Positions 12,025 through 25,089 of a stretch of DNA of 64,000 bases are shown here, one piece after another. Both the position numbers and the translations under genes were made by a program. Each line of letters begins with the position of its first letter. Position 1 is the first letter of the stretch. The stretch is from Convolutriloba macropyga. Its lineage: Eukaryota. Location of the stretch: the NCBI RefSeq assembly GCF_964194025.1, contig NC_134477.1, forward strand, positions 22,816,001 through 22,880,000. The letters run 5' to 3'. Below the pieces are notes generated by a model. That model had not been told where the DNA came from. It worked only from the letters and a program-made list of their open reading frames with translations, and ran no database searches.

Positions 12025-13676
12025 TTAAAATTTGTCCGTTTGTTTGGGATGATTTGTTCTGCCCCTATAATGCTTGTATTCCTTGAGAAATCGGTCATCT
12101 TTTGACAGAAAATGTGCGAGGAGATTAGTTATTTCGTCAATTGGTACGTCAGTTATCGACGCTTTAACTGTATTCCTTATCTCTTTTTCAATTTCCGTTA
12201 CTTCTCGTTCGTTATTGAATTGTACTCTATTACTAAAGGCTCTATTCGTTACGCTGCCTTCTAAGTGGTAAGTTTGATATTCTTCACACGGTTCAAGCGC
12301 TTCGATTGGTACAATTAGTGGTCGTTCCGGTGCTTCCTTGGGTTGAAAAATGTAATAATTTTTAATAGGGTCAAAATTACGTAAAGTCCCGATAGTATAG
12401 TCCCATTTTAGCTTATATCCGTAGTTTAAGAAATACGGTGAGGTTAATTGATCGTTAATATGTATGTAACTCTTAGTAGTGTTAATGTTCTTATCGCGTA
12501 GGAACGTATAGTATATCAAGTTGTGTATCAACTTTGTTTCGTGTACCCAGTAATTGTTGTTTTGTACATCCTTCGGTGTTGGATGTAAGAAGTTAAAGCT
12601 TAGTTGGAAAATTTGATGTTCGAACAAACTGTAAGCCGAAAGGTCTTGGGATGCCTTGGCGACAAGATAGTCAAAGGTACAGATTACTGGTACCTTGAAC
12701 TCGTAGTCATAATCATACATGAAACGTTCTGTTAGGCTATAGAATTGTTTTAAGATGGGGTATGTTGACTGATGTAGTTTATCTTTCCCCATATTCTTAG
12801 TACTACGTTTTACAGTGTTAGCATTCTCTGATGGTAGAGGCGGGAAGTATTCCGAGACGCGTTCTTTTAAGTTATGTAACGGTGTTATAACAAAGTTATA
12901 GTCTCGTGGATCAAACGGCATTTCGGACCAGTTGCGTTACGATAATAATGGATTATAATTACTGTTGTGTGGATTATTAAGAGTTCTCGGGTCCTTTTCT
13001 TGGAACCAGATTGTTTCCATAACAGTTGTTGTGGGGTTTGATCATTGGTAGACTGGTGGAAAAACGATTTCCTATTGTTACTTCTAGGTGTAACTGCGTA
13101 AGGAAACCGGAGGTTGTTCGGTCTAATGTGATGTGGATTACTAGCAATCCAACTTTGTTGAACACTGTTCTGTAGTCTGTTAGTTGCGGTTGTGTAATCA
13201 TCAGGTGGGGGTGGTCGTACTGGTGGTGGATATTTTGGTAAGGGAGGAGAGACATATGTTTCATCCGGAGTTTTGTTACTCGGCCTACTGTTCTCGTAAC
13301 TATGTGTATTAGTGCTTGTACCTTGTTCATTTGTTCTGTTACAAAACGAATCTAGATTTCGTCGGGTATCCGACTGTCGCTTCTTAGCAATGTGTTCTGA
13401 TATGTGGTTCGCTATCTCTTGTGGTGTACGCTGGTTAGTCTGTGTCTGTTGTTCAGATGTCGCGTTTTCCACTTCTATTCTCATGGTTGTTACTCGATCC
13501 TGTGGGTGATCAAAATTGTCATTCGTTTGTGTACTACAATCGGATGCGTTGTCGCGGATTGTCCCTAGGCTTGATCGTCTAGAGCCAGGGCTGAGCTCGC
13601 CTTCTTCCACATCATAGCTCAGTGGAGAGTCTGTTTTGTAGGGGGATTCAATTTCGTAATCCATTCTGGAAGCCAT
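12025..13676 (-). pseudogene. Accessory ORF6 downstream of env (about 550 aa, one frameshift), unknown function
   Basis: ORFs 12885-13676 and 12025-12921 join through a frameshift near 12990-13010. Disordered, Pro-rich N-terminal half and globular C-terminal half. Conserved with copy A. Confidence 0.72.
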
Positions 13677-14148
13677 TTGCTAAAATTGTTACTGTGTTTA
13701 GTACATATTCTCTATTATTACATATGTTACGATTATTATTTTTTAAATTATTTTTGTCATTAGTTGATTGTTATTTGGTGTTGTTATGACTATTTTCCAT
13801 CAGAATTTTCTTGTTACTATCATTACCAAAAAAGTATTGTTATATTAGTATGAATGGATATCGACGGAACAATACTGAACGGTTAGTGTGTTGTGACATA
13901 TCGTTACGAAACATGTATTTATATTGTTTTTGCTATATGAACTATGTGAAAACTACATGTAATTGTGAAATATGAAAATGAAGTATAAAGACGGTGAGAT
14001 AAATATGGTTAAAAGGATTTATAAACTGAAGAGAAGTGTTAGAAAAAGAGGGGTAGGGAAAATTTATCGGGAAAATTTATGAACATCTAAGGAATGTGTT
14101 GTACATTAATTGTATAATTTTAGTTGTTCGTGCACTACGTGGTTGTTG

Positions 14149-17100
14149 TTAATCCTCGTATGTATCCGCCGAATGATTTTCAAAATATGTTACTTCATTC
14201 GTATGTGGTTTGTCGTCGTTTTTTAATATGTCTAAACTATGGCTGCGGTTATGCATTTTGTTAGCCATTATTTTTAATTGGTCAAAATCTATTGGTGGTG
14301 AATTTTGTATAACCATTAGTTTTACTGTTGGTATCAGAAGTTGTTTATTTGTAGATTTATTTGACGTTTGTGGTATTTCATACGATATTGACTGGTTCAT
14401 ATTGTGTGGTTGTTCATATGGATGTCTCTGAAATGATGTAGTTTGTTGTTGTTGTTGTATGTTAGGCGCACTAGGAAGGGGTGTATTGTGATTGATAGGC
14501 GTAGTTGGGAATGATATATTATTTCCCAAGCATTGATATGCAGGAGGTGGAGTAATGAGTTGTGGTGGCAGTGTTTGTAGTTTGTTTTCTGATATTGTTT
14601 TCAGTGGTTCTACTCTTAATGGTTCTTGTTTATATTTTCGTTCTGGTAATGGCGGTTTTTGTTTCTTTGAAGATGAGTTTGTTGTTCTTATCTGTAGTCC
14701 GTTTTTTTTCTACGAATTGTTGTGTTATAATGTTTGTAATTTGTATCCACATAAATTTCTGCAGGTTTATCATTATCAGCATAATCTGTTGTATGTGTTA
14801 TGTCTGTGGAATGCTTCTTTCTGGGTTGATTTCCGTATTGTGTATAATTTTCATCGCTGTTTTTTCCTAAAGATTTCTTTCCAGTTAACACTGGGTTGGT
14901 CGATTTGGAAGTTATATCCATTTATGTACAGGTCTCTTAACCATTTGAGTGATTGTTCGTAGTTTTTGTAAGTTTGTAGTAGTCCTAGTTGTTCAAGTTC
15001 TAGCAATTTTTGTGCGTTTGCTGATGTTGCTTCTTGTAATGGTTTTTCGCGATCTCTCATGTATTCGTGTAATAAATCACGTTTTCGTTCTTGGATTAGT
15101 TGTTCTTTACTGTATATACCTTTTTCTATTAAACTTGATTTACTGAACATGTTATCAAGTACTATTTTTTCTGGTGATACAAAGTTCAATACTGTCTCTA
15201 CTTTTACAGGATATGGTGTTACTCTATATCTTGCTGTTCCTTCAGTGTCTATTGAGATCAGTTGGTCGAAGTTGCTGTGTGAACATTGGACTTTCTTTGC
15301 CCATAAGTATGTTTGTCTTGTTAGCTGATGTACATATTGTACTCTATTATTATACAGTATTGGCATTTTATCGTAACATTCGCGAGTTTGTGATACATAT
15401 AAGGGTGATGATTTTTTTTGCGCGTTTGTACATTTTCATTACCTTTACTCCTTCTTGTTTAACAAAGATTGATCTATCCCCAGTGAGGATGTATCCTAAG
15501 AGTGATGTGTTCTTTTGTACTTGTGTCAGTGTTAATTGTCAAATGTTTCTAGTTTGTTCACAAATTTTCGAGTAAAATTCTATTGCGTGTAGACTTATTC
15601 TCGAGTATATGTTAGTCATGTAAATGTCCATTTTCATGTTCATGTGTGTGTTTCGGTTTACAAAACCTTAGCAGTATTCTTTGTTTTCCTCGTTTTCTTA
15701 TCGTGTTTTTTGTGATGTTATTTGTTTTGGTTTAATCCGTATAAACTTTTCTTCTTCAAATTTTTCTTTTCTCCTCGTTACTTTTTGTCCTGTATGTATA
15801 TCGAATCCGTATTTGTATATTAAGTAAATGTCGTCGTATTCTGTTTTGTGTATTGGTTGAAGCGAACAGCATTCGCCTTCGACTAATGGGTAGATTTCAA
15901 ATCTGGTGGCAATAGTGTCTGTTTTGTTCATTTTTATTTTCTGTGTTCTATCATGTTGTTAAACTGTTGTCCGTTCGGCATTTGTTTCTATCTAATATCT
16001 GTCTTGGTATTTTACCATAAATGCATCAAGTCTAATAAGTTCAAACAATTGACAATGTGTTTGGGGTTCCCAAACTATTGTTGCTTTTGTGAAAGTTGAC
16101 GGTAGACATTCTCCTTTGCGGAGATCGCATGGTTATTTTGTTTCCATATACGATATTTCTTCAGTGTCTAAGTTTAATATGATTGATATTTCTCGTATTT
16201 CTATTGTCCAGCCTAGTATGTCTATTCTGTTTTATTTTCTTGGTTCTTTCATGCAATTTGATTGTGCATTCTTAATTGCGTTTGGTATCCACATTGGGTT
16301 TGTATAATCATAAACTATTCGTCCGTATGGTGGTACCATAGGAGTATCAAGGTCGAATTGTATTCTGCCTTGCATATATTCGATATGTTTCTGAAGTGGT
16401 GGGTTAGCTATGTAGTTAAATGAAATGTTATATCGTGTTGGTTTGTATCTTGTGTTTTTGAGGAGGTTGATTTTAGCGACTTCGTTACGAACTTCATCTG
16501 CATCTAGTATTTTTTTTCTATGTGCATCTGAGACATAGTAACTTGGTCTGTTAGCTCGGATATAATCGGTGTGTTTTGAACACCATTCTACGCGTTATTC
16601 AATTGTTCCTGCAACTGCGTATGCTTTTATTTCTACCGCTTGTGCTTTCGATAATAGCTGTACTTCAGTCTTTGTCATATCTAAATCTAGGGGTTTGAAC
16701 TTACATGTGCTTATTTTGTTTAATTCGTAAAATTTAACATTAGTTATCTCTTCTGCGTCAAAATCGTACTGTTAAATGAAAATGTCCTGTGGTCCTGTTG
16801 CGGAGCCGTTAATATTCTGTCCCGTTAGTTCTACAAAGTCTGTTTTTGTTTGTCGCTTTTGTCTTATATTGTTCATGCCAAATTTCTCTAATATACTATC
16901 TGTTAATCGTTCTCTGTAAAAATTCCAATTTCGTGTCCATTTATCGATGGCTATTTCCCACATCGCTTCGTAGTCTGAACTGTTTTTAAAGTTATCGAGT
17001 TTTTCGATTTTGCTGTTATTGAAAAGTTGTGGATTAGTGTTGATAGAATTATTATTGATTACATGGTGTTGTAGGTTATTATATTTTTGTTGATGAGTTG

Positions 17101-17316
17101 TGTGGAAATTTTAGAGTACTTTTTCATTTCTTGTTTTGTTTTTTTTTTAAAAAGTTTGATTTGTATTTCCATTTTTTCATTTATACGGTCTTTAATGCGT
17201 TGTCTAGCATCAGTTTTTAGTCTTTGTTCTAATTGTATTTTTGTTTCTACTTTCATATATAAGTATATTATTATTAATAATAATATAAAAATAATAGCTT
17301 TTAGTTGAATCGACAT
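14149..17316 (-). pseudogene. env: env-like glycoprotein, copy B (frameshifts; TM anchor deleted)
   Basis: Homologous to 1061-4847. RQKR furin-type site at 16853-16864. About 270 bp corresponding to A 3851-4122 is missing at about 14860-14878. Confidence 0.78.
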
Positions 17317-19100
17317 GTGTATGACAGAACAGTGTGTGGATTGTAGATTGTTGCAAATCCTAATGTTTGTTTTGAATATCTGTCAAACTTGTATATAAAG
17401 TCAATGCAGATGAACGGTGCTGGAAGTGTGGTTGTTACTATTGATGGTGTAGTTGCGTCGAACGGGTGATTAAAGACATTTGTCGTATTTAATTGTTGTG
17501 TTAAACTTAAATTCGAGAGCTGGTGTTGCTAAAACGTTAAGTGCTGCGTTACGTTGTCGATGTGTAAGATTTAAAGTGTTTGTTAGTCTACTTCTTGACC
17601 GATTATAAAGTGTATCACCAAGATTAGTGGGACCGATAACGGTGGAGGTGGATTCCAAGTTTTATGATCTAGTGCGAATAGATATGTATGTTCATTAGTC
17701 CTACTTTTAGTAGGTGGATTTGGGTTAAGTATTGGTGTTGATCTTGTTCTACCAGGATGGCTTGATGGTAATCTTATTTCTGGTATAAAGGATGATGGGG
17801 ATAAAGCTGTATTTCTTGGTGGCTGTAGGGAGTTTGTTAGTTCAACCTGTGGTACGCTTAGAGAGGTATTCGATGATGATGTTTGATTTGATCTTTGTGG
17901 TGTTGTGTTACTACTTGCGGATTGTGGTGATGTTGCTGACAATAGGGAACTATTAGGTGAGTGTAATCGCTGTGCTCGAAAATGTTCTTGAACAAAGTTG
18001 AAATCTTGTCTTTGTTGGAATATAGGTGGTAGAAATGGGTTTGCTCTCAATTCATATTGTGTGGTTATTTGGATTGTACTATTACCAGAATGATCGCTTG
18101 GAGAACATAAACTAAAATTATGTAATGTTGATGTTCCTGTTCTACTTGGTGGTGCTAAGTTTCCTACTTCTATAGGTCTTATTATGTAAGATTCTATATA
18201 TGTTGAACCATATGAAACGATCGTTGAATCTTGTGTTGGGACTGATAGCGAAGATCGACCTCGTGCTCTTAAGAGTTCTCTTCTTTCCAGGCGGTCTCGC
18301 CGTACGGTATATGGATTTTCGTTTCCGGGATTATCATCAATTTCTGGTGAAGTTGGTATATTTGTTAAATCTGTAACTTCGTTATGATGTGGTCTTTCTT
18401 GATGATTATTGTTACTTTGATTTTTATTAGACGACGCAATTTTTGCAGGTTAAACTTTAAGCTCCTGAGCCAGGTCCGTGTGGTGGAACTTGGATGAATG
18501 GTGGTGAGAGTATTATTAGTGGTGTTAAATCTTGTTCTGGTTGTTGTGTTTGTGCTCCTAGATTTGATATCCAAATTTCGTTATTGTCAAGTCTGAGATG
18601 TAGTTGATAAATTATAATGTTACCGTTTAATAGAGAAATTTCAGGAAATCCTATTTGAAAATAAAACTTTTGGGAATGTAGTGTGTACTATATTGATTCT
18701 TCTATATCTGGTATCTGGTATAGGATCAATTTTTATGGTTTTACAAAATATTCTATTAACATTAAACACATGCGTAAGAAGAAATAAATTATTAGTGCAA
18801 TTTTAATAAATTTAAAAATTTCCAGTTCTATTATATCAATAGTGGATTTGCATATATGAAATATATCGGAATGTACTCAATGCATTGGTTTTATTATTGT
18901 ACTGGTGGACTAGCGTAGATGACTCTACGGTTTGAAATAACTTCGTATATTGTTACTGTAGCTAGATATGTCGAAATAACTACAATACACGGTAAAAGAA
19001 AGATAGTTAAGAAAAATATTATTTTAGACAATATTAAATACGTTGCTATTAGTGCGTTAGGAAAATCGATTGTTGAAACTGTTTTTGTTGTTTTCTATAT
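17301..19100 (-). pseudogene. Accessory ORF4: hydrophobic N-terminal segments followed by an S/T/P-rich region (frameshifted)
   Basis: Manual translation gives ALIATYLILSKIIFFLTIFLLPCIVVISTYLATVTI near 18930-19055. ORF fragments 17583-18050 and 17470-17658. Homologous frame in copy A at 1-1076. Start is uncertain. Confidence 0.5.
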
Positions 19101-19314
19101 GTTTTGTTTATTTTATTATTTGTTTGTATATGAATGTTAGATATTATGGTTTTAAACTTTATCCGGTGGAAATGAGATAAAATGCTTCACTGAAGAGTGA
19201 CAGTTATTTACTAGTGTAACTGACACTTGATGGTGCCGCACTATGAAAGTACTGTAGTTCCAAAAGTGTTTATTTTATGTTATTGATATGCAACGATAAC
19301 GATGATAGGTATCA

Positions 19315-19734
19315 TTACTTATTTAATTTTTCAATTTTGTCGTCTGACAATGTTACAGCGTCTTTTTTGCAAACTATTAGAGAAACTGTGTGTAATTTGT
19401 TTATATTGACACACTTGTCTGTGTGAATTTGTTGTTTTAGTTTTTCGAATTCTGTAATTGTTTCAGTAAACGGTGCCGTGTTCTTTAGTAGTTCAAAATG
19501 TTTTTCTCCCCAAAACAGTTTTACTTCTTGTCCAGTTTCTGTTCTTCCTTCTATTAGAAGAAGACAGTTTTTAGGTGAGATTCTACAGTTTGTTAGTTTA
19601 ATACTGTCGTTGTCGAAATGTATATGACAATCTGGTGGATATTCAAGTTCAATATATTCGTCTATTTGAACAAATATTTTTATGCAAAGTTGATTTCTAT
19701 TCAATGATTTCATAAACTCTGACACCGATAGCAT
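19315..19734 (-). CDS. Accessory ORF3 of the element, 139 aa, unknown function
   Basis: Uninterrupted ORF on the element's sense strand with globular-like composition. Preceded by an acceptor-like TTCATTTCTGACAG at about 19777-19790. Confidence 0.5.
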   Translation of the reverse strand: MLSVSEFMKSLNRNQLCIKIFVQIDEYIELEYPPDCHIHFDNDSIKLTNCRISPKNCLLLIEGRTETGQEVKLFWGEKHFELLKNTAPFTETITEFEKLKQQIHTDKCVNINKLHTVSLIVCKKDAVTLSDDKIEKLNK

Positions 19735-22700
19735 AGGTGGTTGTTCATTACAATGTTTACTATAATGATGAATTAGTCTGTCAGAAATGAAATTAAAATA
19801 ATTCAGATTACCTGGTACTGTTGAATCGTTTTTGGCTGAATTTTTGTTGATAAAACAGTTGATTGAAGAAGAGATATTCTGTTAGTTTTAATTTCTCAAT
19901 GAATATTTCGAGGTTTCTCAAATTGGTTTGTCTAGATCGAGAGAGTATGAAATTTGAGAATTTCAGGATTATTTTTTGGCCGTAGAGATGAAATGAGATT
20001 ATGATTTTAGAAATGAAATGAAATGAGGTTATGTTTGTATTTGAGACTATAAATTCAGAAATAGAATGAAGTTTTGAGTAGAAGTTGGAAATTTTTTCTC
20101 ACTGAATATTTGAATTTATGTTTTTGTGTATCAGTTTAGCTGAAATTTCAGATTTTTCAAATGTAGCTGAGGTTGTGACTTGTACGACTTGTGATTTTTC
20201 ACTCAACTGTTTGTTGCCTCTATAATATTGTTGGCATTTGCATACCTTCCGTTTTCTTTTCTTGGTTCTTGAAGTTGCCAATTTTACTAATTTACTGGGT
20301 CTAATTAAACTTTTGGATTCTGAGTTTTCGAATTATAAGGATCTTTCTGAAGTCTCTTCAGTTTTGTTGTTATGATTGTTTTTCCTTTGTAATTGGTATG
20401 TTTGATGGCAGTGTAACGTACTTTTGTCATGGTATGTTAGAGATATTAATTAGTTACTTGATGGTGTTTATTGTCACTTGATAAAATTTAGCTCCAAGTA
20501 GGTTTTTGATCAATGGTATAATTGATGAAGATGGTTGAAGTGGATGGTGACGCCTTTGGTGTATGTCGTTAATGAGTTACCAAGTTGGTGTTTGGTGCAA
20601 ATGGTGCAAATGTCAAGTAGATGGTTGGTTTGCAAACTGTAACTGTTAATTAGTTGTTTGGTATCGAAGTCATGTCGAACGTGTTTGTGTGTATGATTGG
20701 AGTTGTGTTTAGATGAAGTGTTTACTTCAACTGCAAAATGATCTTTGTAGATCTATCATGATAATCACCATTTCGTTCATGGCGTTGAATATGTTAATTG
20801 GTTTGGCATTTTCTGTTTGTTGCTAATTGCGTCTTTAAGGGAACGGTAAGTCCCTGTAATTTGTATGTAAACTCTTTTTATCTGCAAATGAAAGTAGTAA
20901 TTTGTTCCTTTCTTTCCTTGTTCTGTGTTAATGAGGCCCTTGTTACCTTTTGTAATCCTTATATTTTTTCTAATGAGGATACTAATGAGGTCTTTTCCTG
21001 CTAATGATAGCGTGTTGTAAACGTCCGTTTCCTTCGTATGACGTAGGTGGATGGTGGCGTATTATTCAGGTAAAATGTCACTATGGGATTTCCATTTAGC
21101 CTAAATGTCTAATAAGCAGAAATGTCTATTTAGTTGGAATGTGTATTTAGCCGAAGGGCGTTTTACTGATGTTACGCGTTAGAGGTTGTTTGGTTAGTGT
21201 TATGAGCCAGAGGTCGTATGACCGATGAGTAATCAATGTGAACTATATGTCATGTATTTAGGTATTGAGCCGTTTAATTGCCGTTGCTCACTTGTTAGAA
21301 ATACCCTGGTTAGAGTACGCTAGATGTTACTGGATTGTAACACATTACTGGATTGTAACACGTATTGGAGTGTTACGCGTATTTGATTTTTACGCTTAAT
21401 GGATCTTTATACGTCGTTATACGTCTTTTACTCGTTCTGTTTAAATTATCTGTTCGGGAAATAGGAAGTTACTTAAATTGAGGAAGCTATTGAAAAAAGG
21501 AAGTTACTATATTTGTAACCGTTTATATTTATATGTATGTTGTTATTTCTAGCTTCCGCATTGTTACTATTGTGTGTGTCCCGTATTAATTTTTGTCCTT
21601 ATTATTTTTTATCTGTTTGTTAATTTTTACGTTGTTATTACTTGTCTTTTTAATACTTGTGGTTTTTCCTGTTGTTATTACTTGTTGCTATTACTTATCC
21701 TTTTGATTTTGATATTATAAATGTTTATGTATTATAAATGTTTTATATTAATTTCATTTTTCATGTTCCATAGTATTAGCAACTACAAAATGTCTATTCC
21801 ATTCTGCGAGTCCTCTATCGTGTTATTGCGGACATTGTTATTTGATTCTATTTGTGATTTGATTATTTTGTTATTTGATTGATTTGTTTATTGTTTAATC
21901 GTCAGCAAACTCGAAACGTCTATTCCAGTTCCAAGCCTGTGAACATCAAAAATAAAAACAGTTTGTGTTTTATTTTTATTTTTGTTTGTATTATTTGTTA
22001 GTAAAAACTATTTGTATTAGTATATCCTGTTTGGATTTTTTACTTGTTATTTTGATTGTTTGTTTGTTGTTTTATTTGTTTTATTTAACTGATGACGGTG
22101 GATTGGATGGGGATGGTTGTATTGAGAAGGTGGTTGCGGTGGTTGCGGTGACTGATGGTTAGTGATGAGAATCAGTTGTGAGATTGCCAAAGAAGAGGAG
22201 GTTTGATGATGGAAATAATGTTGAAAAAAAGAAGGTGATGGTGGAATGAGAAGAAGACGGGTAATACATTTTTGTTTTATGTTTCATTTTTTAGTTGTTT
22301 ATTTAAATGTCTCATGTGTTCATTTTGTTTCAATAGAAGGTGTTAATTTTTAGGTAAGGTAAACTGCAGTTAAATTCTATAGTATCACTGATTTAGTTCA
22401 TACACTAAATGTTGGTTGGAACAATTGTTAGTAAATACGGATTATATGGTTATGGTTTATAGAGGTTAGTGGTTAGGTGTTGGTTATTAACACTTTTTAG
22501 TTTCAATGTGTTATTATTTTCATTTGTATTTTAATATTGGTGTTTTCATTTGTTAAAATAAATATGCCTTTTTATTCTACGTTTTTACTGAAAAGTGTTC
22601 TGGTGGTATGCACACAAGGTTCGGGTTAGGAGGGTGTGCTAATTCTTTGTAGTAGGGATACTGAACATGTTTTCAAAGTAGTGAAAATACTGAATATGCC

Positions 22701-22982
22701 GAGAGTAGTAGAAACACTGACTGTGAATTGCAAAATCGTAGGATATGTAATAGATACGTAATAAAATAGAGGATACTTATGATATATTATAATAATAAAT
22801 AGAGTTCATTAGTGTAGTACGTAATAGTACAGTATATGTAATATGTGATAGAGTTCAACACTTGTAATGTGTAACCGTAATCTCGTTTGAGATTTCTAGA
22901 TCATAGGAGTGAATTGTCGTATTTGTGTTTAAGATGTAGCAATAAAGTGTATAATCGAATACTGTTAACATACATGGATTAG

Positions 22983-23208
22983 NNNNNNNNNNNNNNNNNN
23001 NNNNNNNNNNNNNNNNNNNNNNNNNNNNNNNNNNNNNNNNNNNNNNNNNNNNNNNNNNNNNNNNNNNNNNNNNNNNNNNNNNNNNNNNNNNNNNNNNNNN
23101 NNNNNNNNNNNNNNNNNNNNNNNNNNNNNNNNNNNNNNNNNNNNNNNNNNNNNNNNNNNNNNNNNNNNNNNNNNNNNNNNNNNNNNNNNNNNNNNNNNNN
23201 NNNNNNNN
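22983..23208. other. Assembly gap
   Basis: Run of N. Confidence 1.
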
Positions 23209-23281
23209 TTTATTATTATTTTAAGAGTGTTATCTTCCTCTTGCGAAGATTGTATTGATGTGTATGTTCTTTATCTGATTG

Positions 23282-24778
23282 TTATAGGCTTGGTTTAGTT
23301 GCAGTTGCTACATTGGGTTGTTTTAATGTTGGAATCTCATTTGTGAGCAAGTAGTTTTGTAATTCTATTTTGATATGTTTTTCTTTTGGATAATATGGTA
23401 CAATGTGATTTCTGTGGATTGTAATCTGTTCTTTATTGTTATCCTTTAATATGTATCTTGTTCTTCTAGGTTTATCTATGATTAGATATGGTCCTGTTTT
23501 CAGTGGTAACAGTTTTTTGGATACTCCGTCAACTTGTTGTTGAATTGTTACTAATACAAAAGTATTCTTTTCAGGTGGTTTTGCTGATCTGAAGCTGAGA
23601 TCCATTTCATCTGTTAATTTTTTCTGCTCTGTAGGATTTTTGTTATAGATTGATATGTGCCGTTCTAATGTCTTTCTTTATCAAGGAACCATTTGGCAAA
23701 TGTTCCTTTTTGTAATTTTGCAATTTTTGGATGATTAAATTTTTTTTCCAGATGAGTGTGTGCTGGCTGTGTGTTACATGCACTTTTCTCTGTTGGATTA
23801 CAATTTCTCATTTCATCTGTAGAGTTGATCCGAGTTTTTTTATTTCGTTGGTTTTCTCGGTTTTTGGTTGAAAACGACTTCATATGGGGACATGCCTAGT
23901 CGTGCATGGTATTGTGTATTGTATGCGTATGGAAAGAATTTTGCTTTCCGTGACCAATTATGATACTTTTTGTCTAGTAGTGTTCTAATGAACTGTCCAA
24001 TTATTCTGTTTGTTCCTTCTACTAGAACGTTCGTCCAGGGTGCATATGTTGAACTTGGTTTAAATTTGATTTCAAAGTAGTTACATAAATGTGTTAACTC
24101 AGTGTTAATGTGTTCCGATCCGTTATCTGATCTAATTTCTTCGGGTAGTCCGAAATTAATGAACCAATGTTCGAATAGTGCTGTAAATGCATAATGTCCA
24201 TTATTTTTTGGTGCACAAATTATCGTTACGTAGTGTGAAAATGCGTCCACTATGACAAAGATGTAGTTGTTTCCTTCAGATGTTGGGTGAATAGGTCCTT
24301 TTGTGTCAATCATTGTCATTTCATAGAAATATGTTTTTGTTGGTGCAAGCTGTTCTTGCTTACTTTTTGTTTTTGTATTAGCTAATACTTTGTTGGTTTG
24401 GCATTGTATGCAATCTGCTATCAGTATTTTTATCCAAACTGTAAGATTTGGGAAATAGTATTTATCCATTATATTTCTTTTGGTTTTTTCAAGGCCTGTG
24501 TAACCTACTAGGTCGATGCAATGGTTATTATAAAAGAAGCATAGTAAAAGTGTTAATGGTAGACAGATTCTTTGCATTGATTTTTTGTGAATGTTGATTA
24601 CAATTTTTGTGATACCGGAGTTTTCATCAATTATAATGGATTTGAATTTGCAAAAATATGCAAAAAATCCTTTGTTTCCACGTATTTCCATTGTTACTGA
24701 ATGTGGTTTATTGTTATGTTTCTTCCCCATTTTCACTTTGTGAAGTACAGGATCTAAGATTTGGGTTTCTTTGATCAA
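23282..24778 (-). pseudogene. pol: Integrase with GPY/F module (disrupted)
   Basis: Degenerate HHCC (NHCIDLVGYTGLEKT..CIQC), IDTKGP, IVDAFSHY, IRSDNGSE, VEGTNRII. KLLPLKTGPYLII in 23282-23605. Confidence 0.93.
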
Positions 24779-25089
24779 GTTTTCAGTTATTTTTGTTTTT
24801 TCGTCATAAAAATGTCTGATATTTTTACATTTTCATAATTTGTTTTTTGTTGTGGTCTTATATTATTTATCAATCTGAAATAATCATCATCATGATGTGT
24901 TGGTCCTTTTTGATTTTTCTCAATGATAAGGTCATTTTTTCTACAATCGGTGATTGCCAATTTTTTGTCTTGTGTTTATATTTTGGGATCAGATTTGTTT
25001 TTGTTTCTGTATTATACTTCTCGTATGAGATGGGTGATATTCATTTTTATCGACATTTATTTCGAAATAGTTATTATGTTTGTTAGCTA

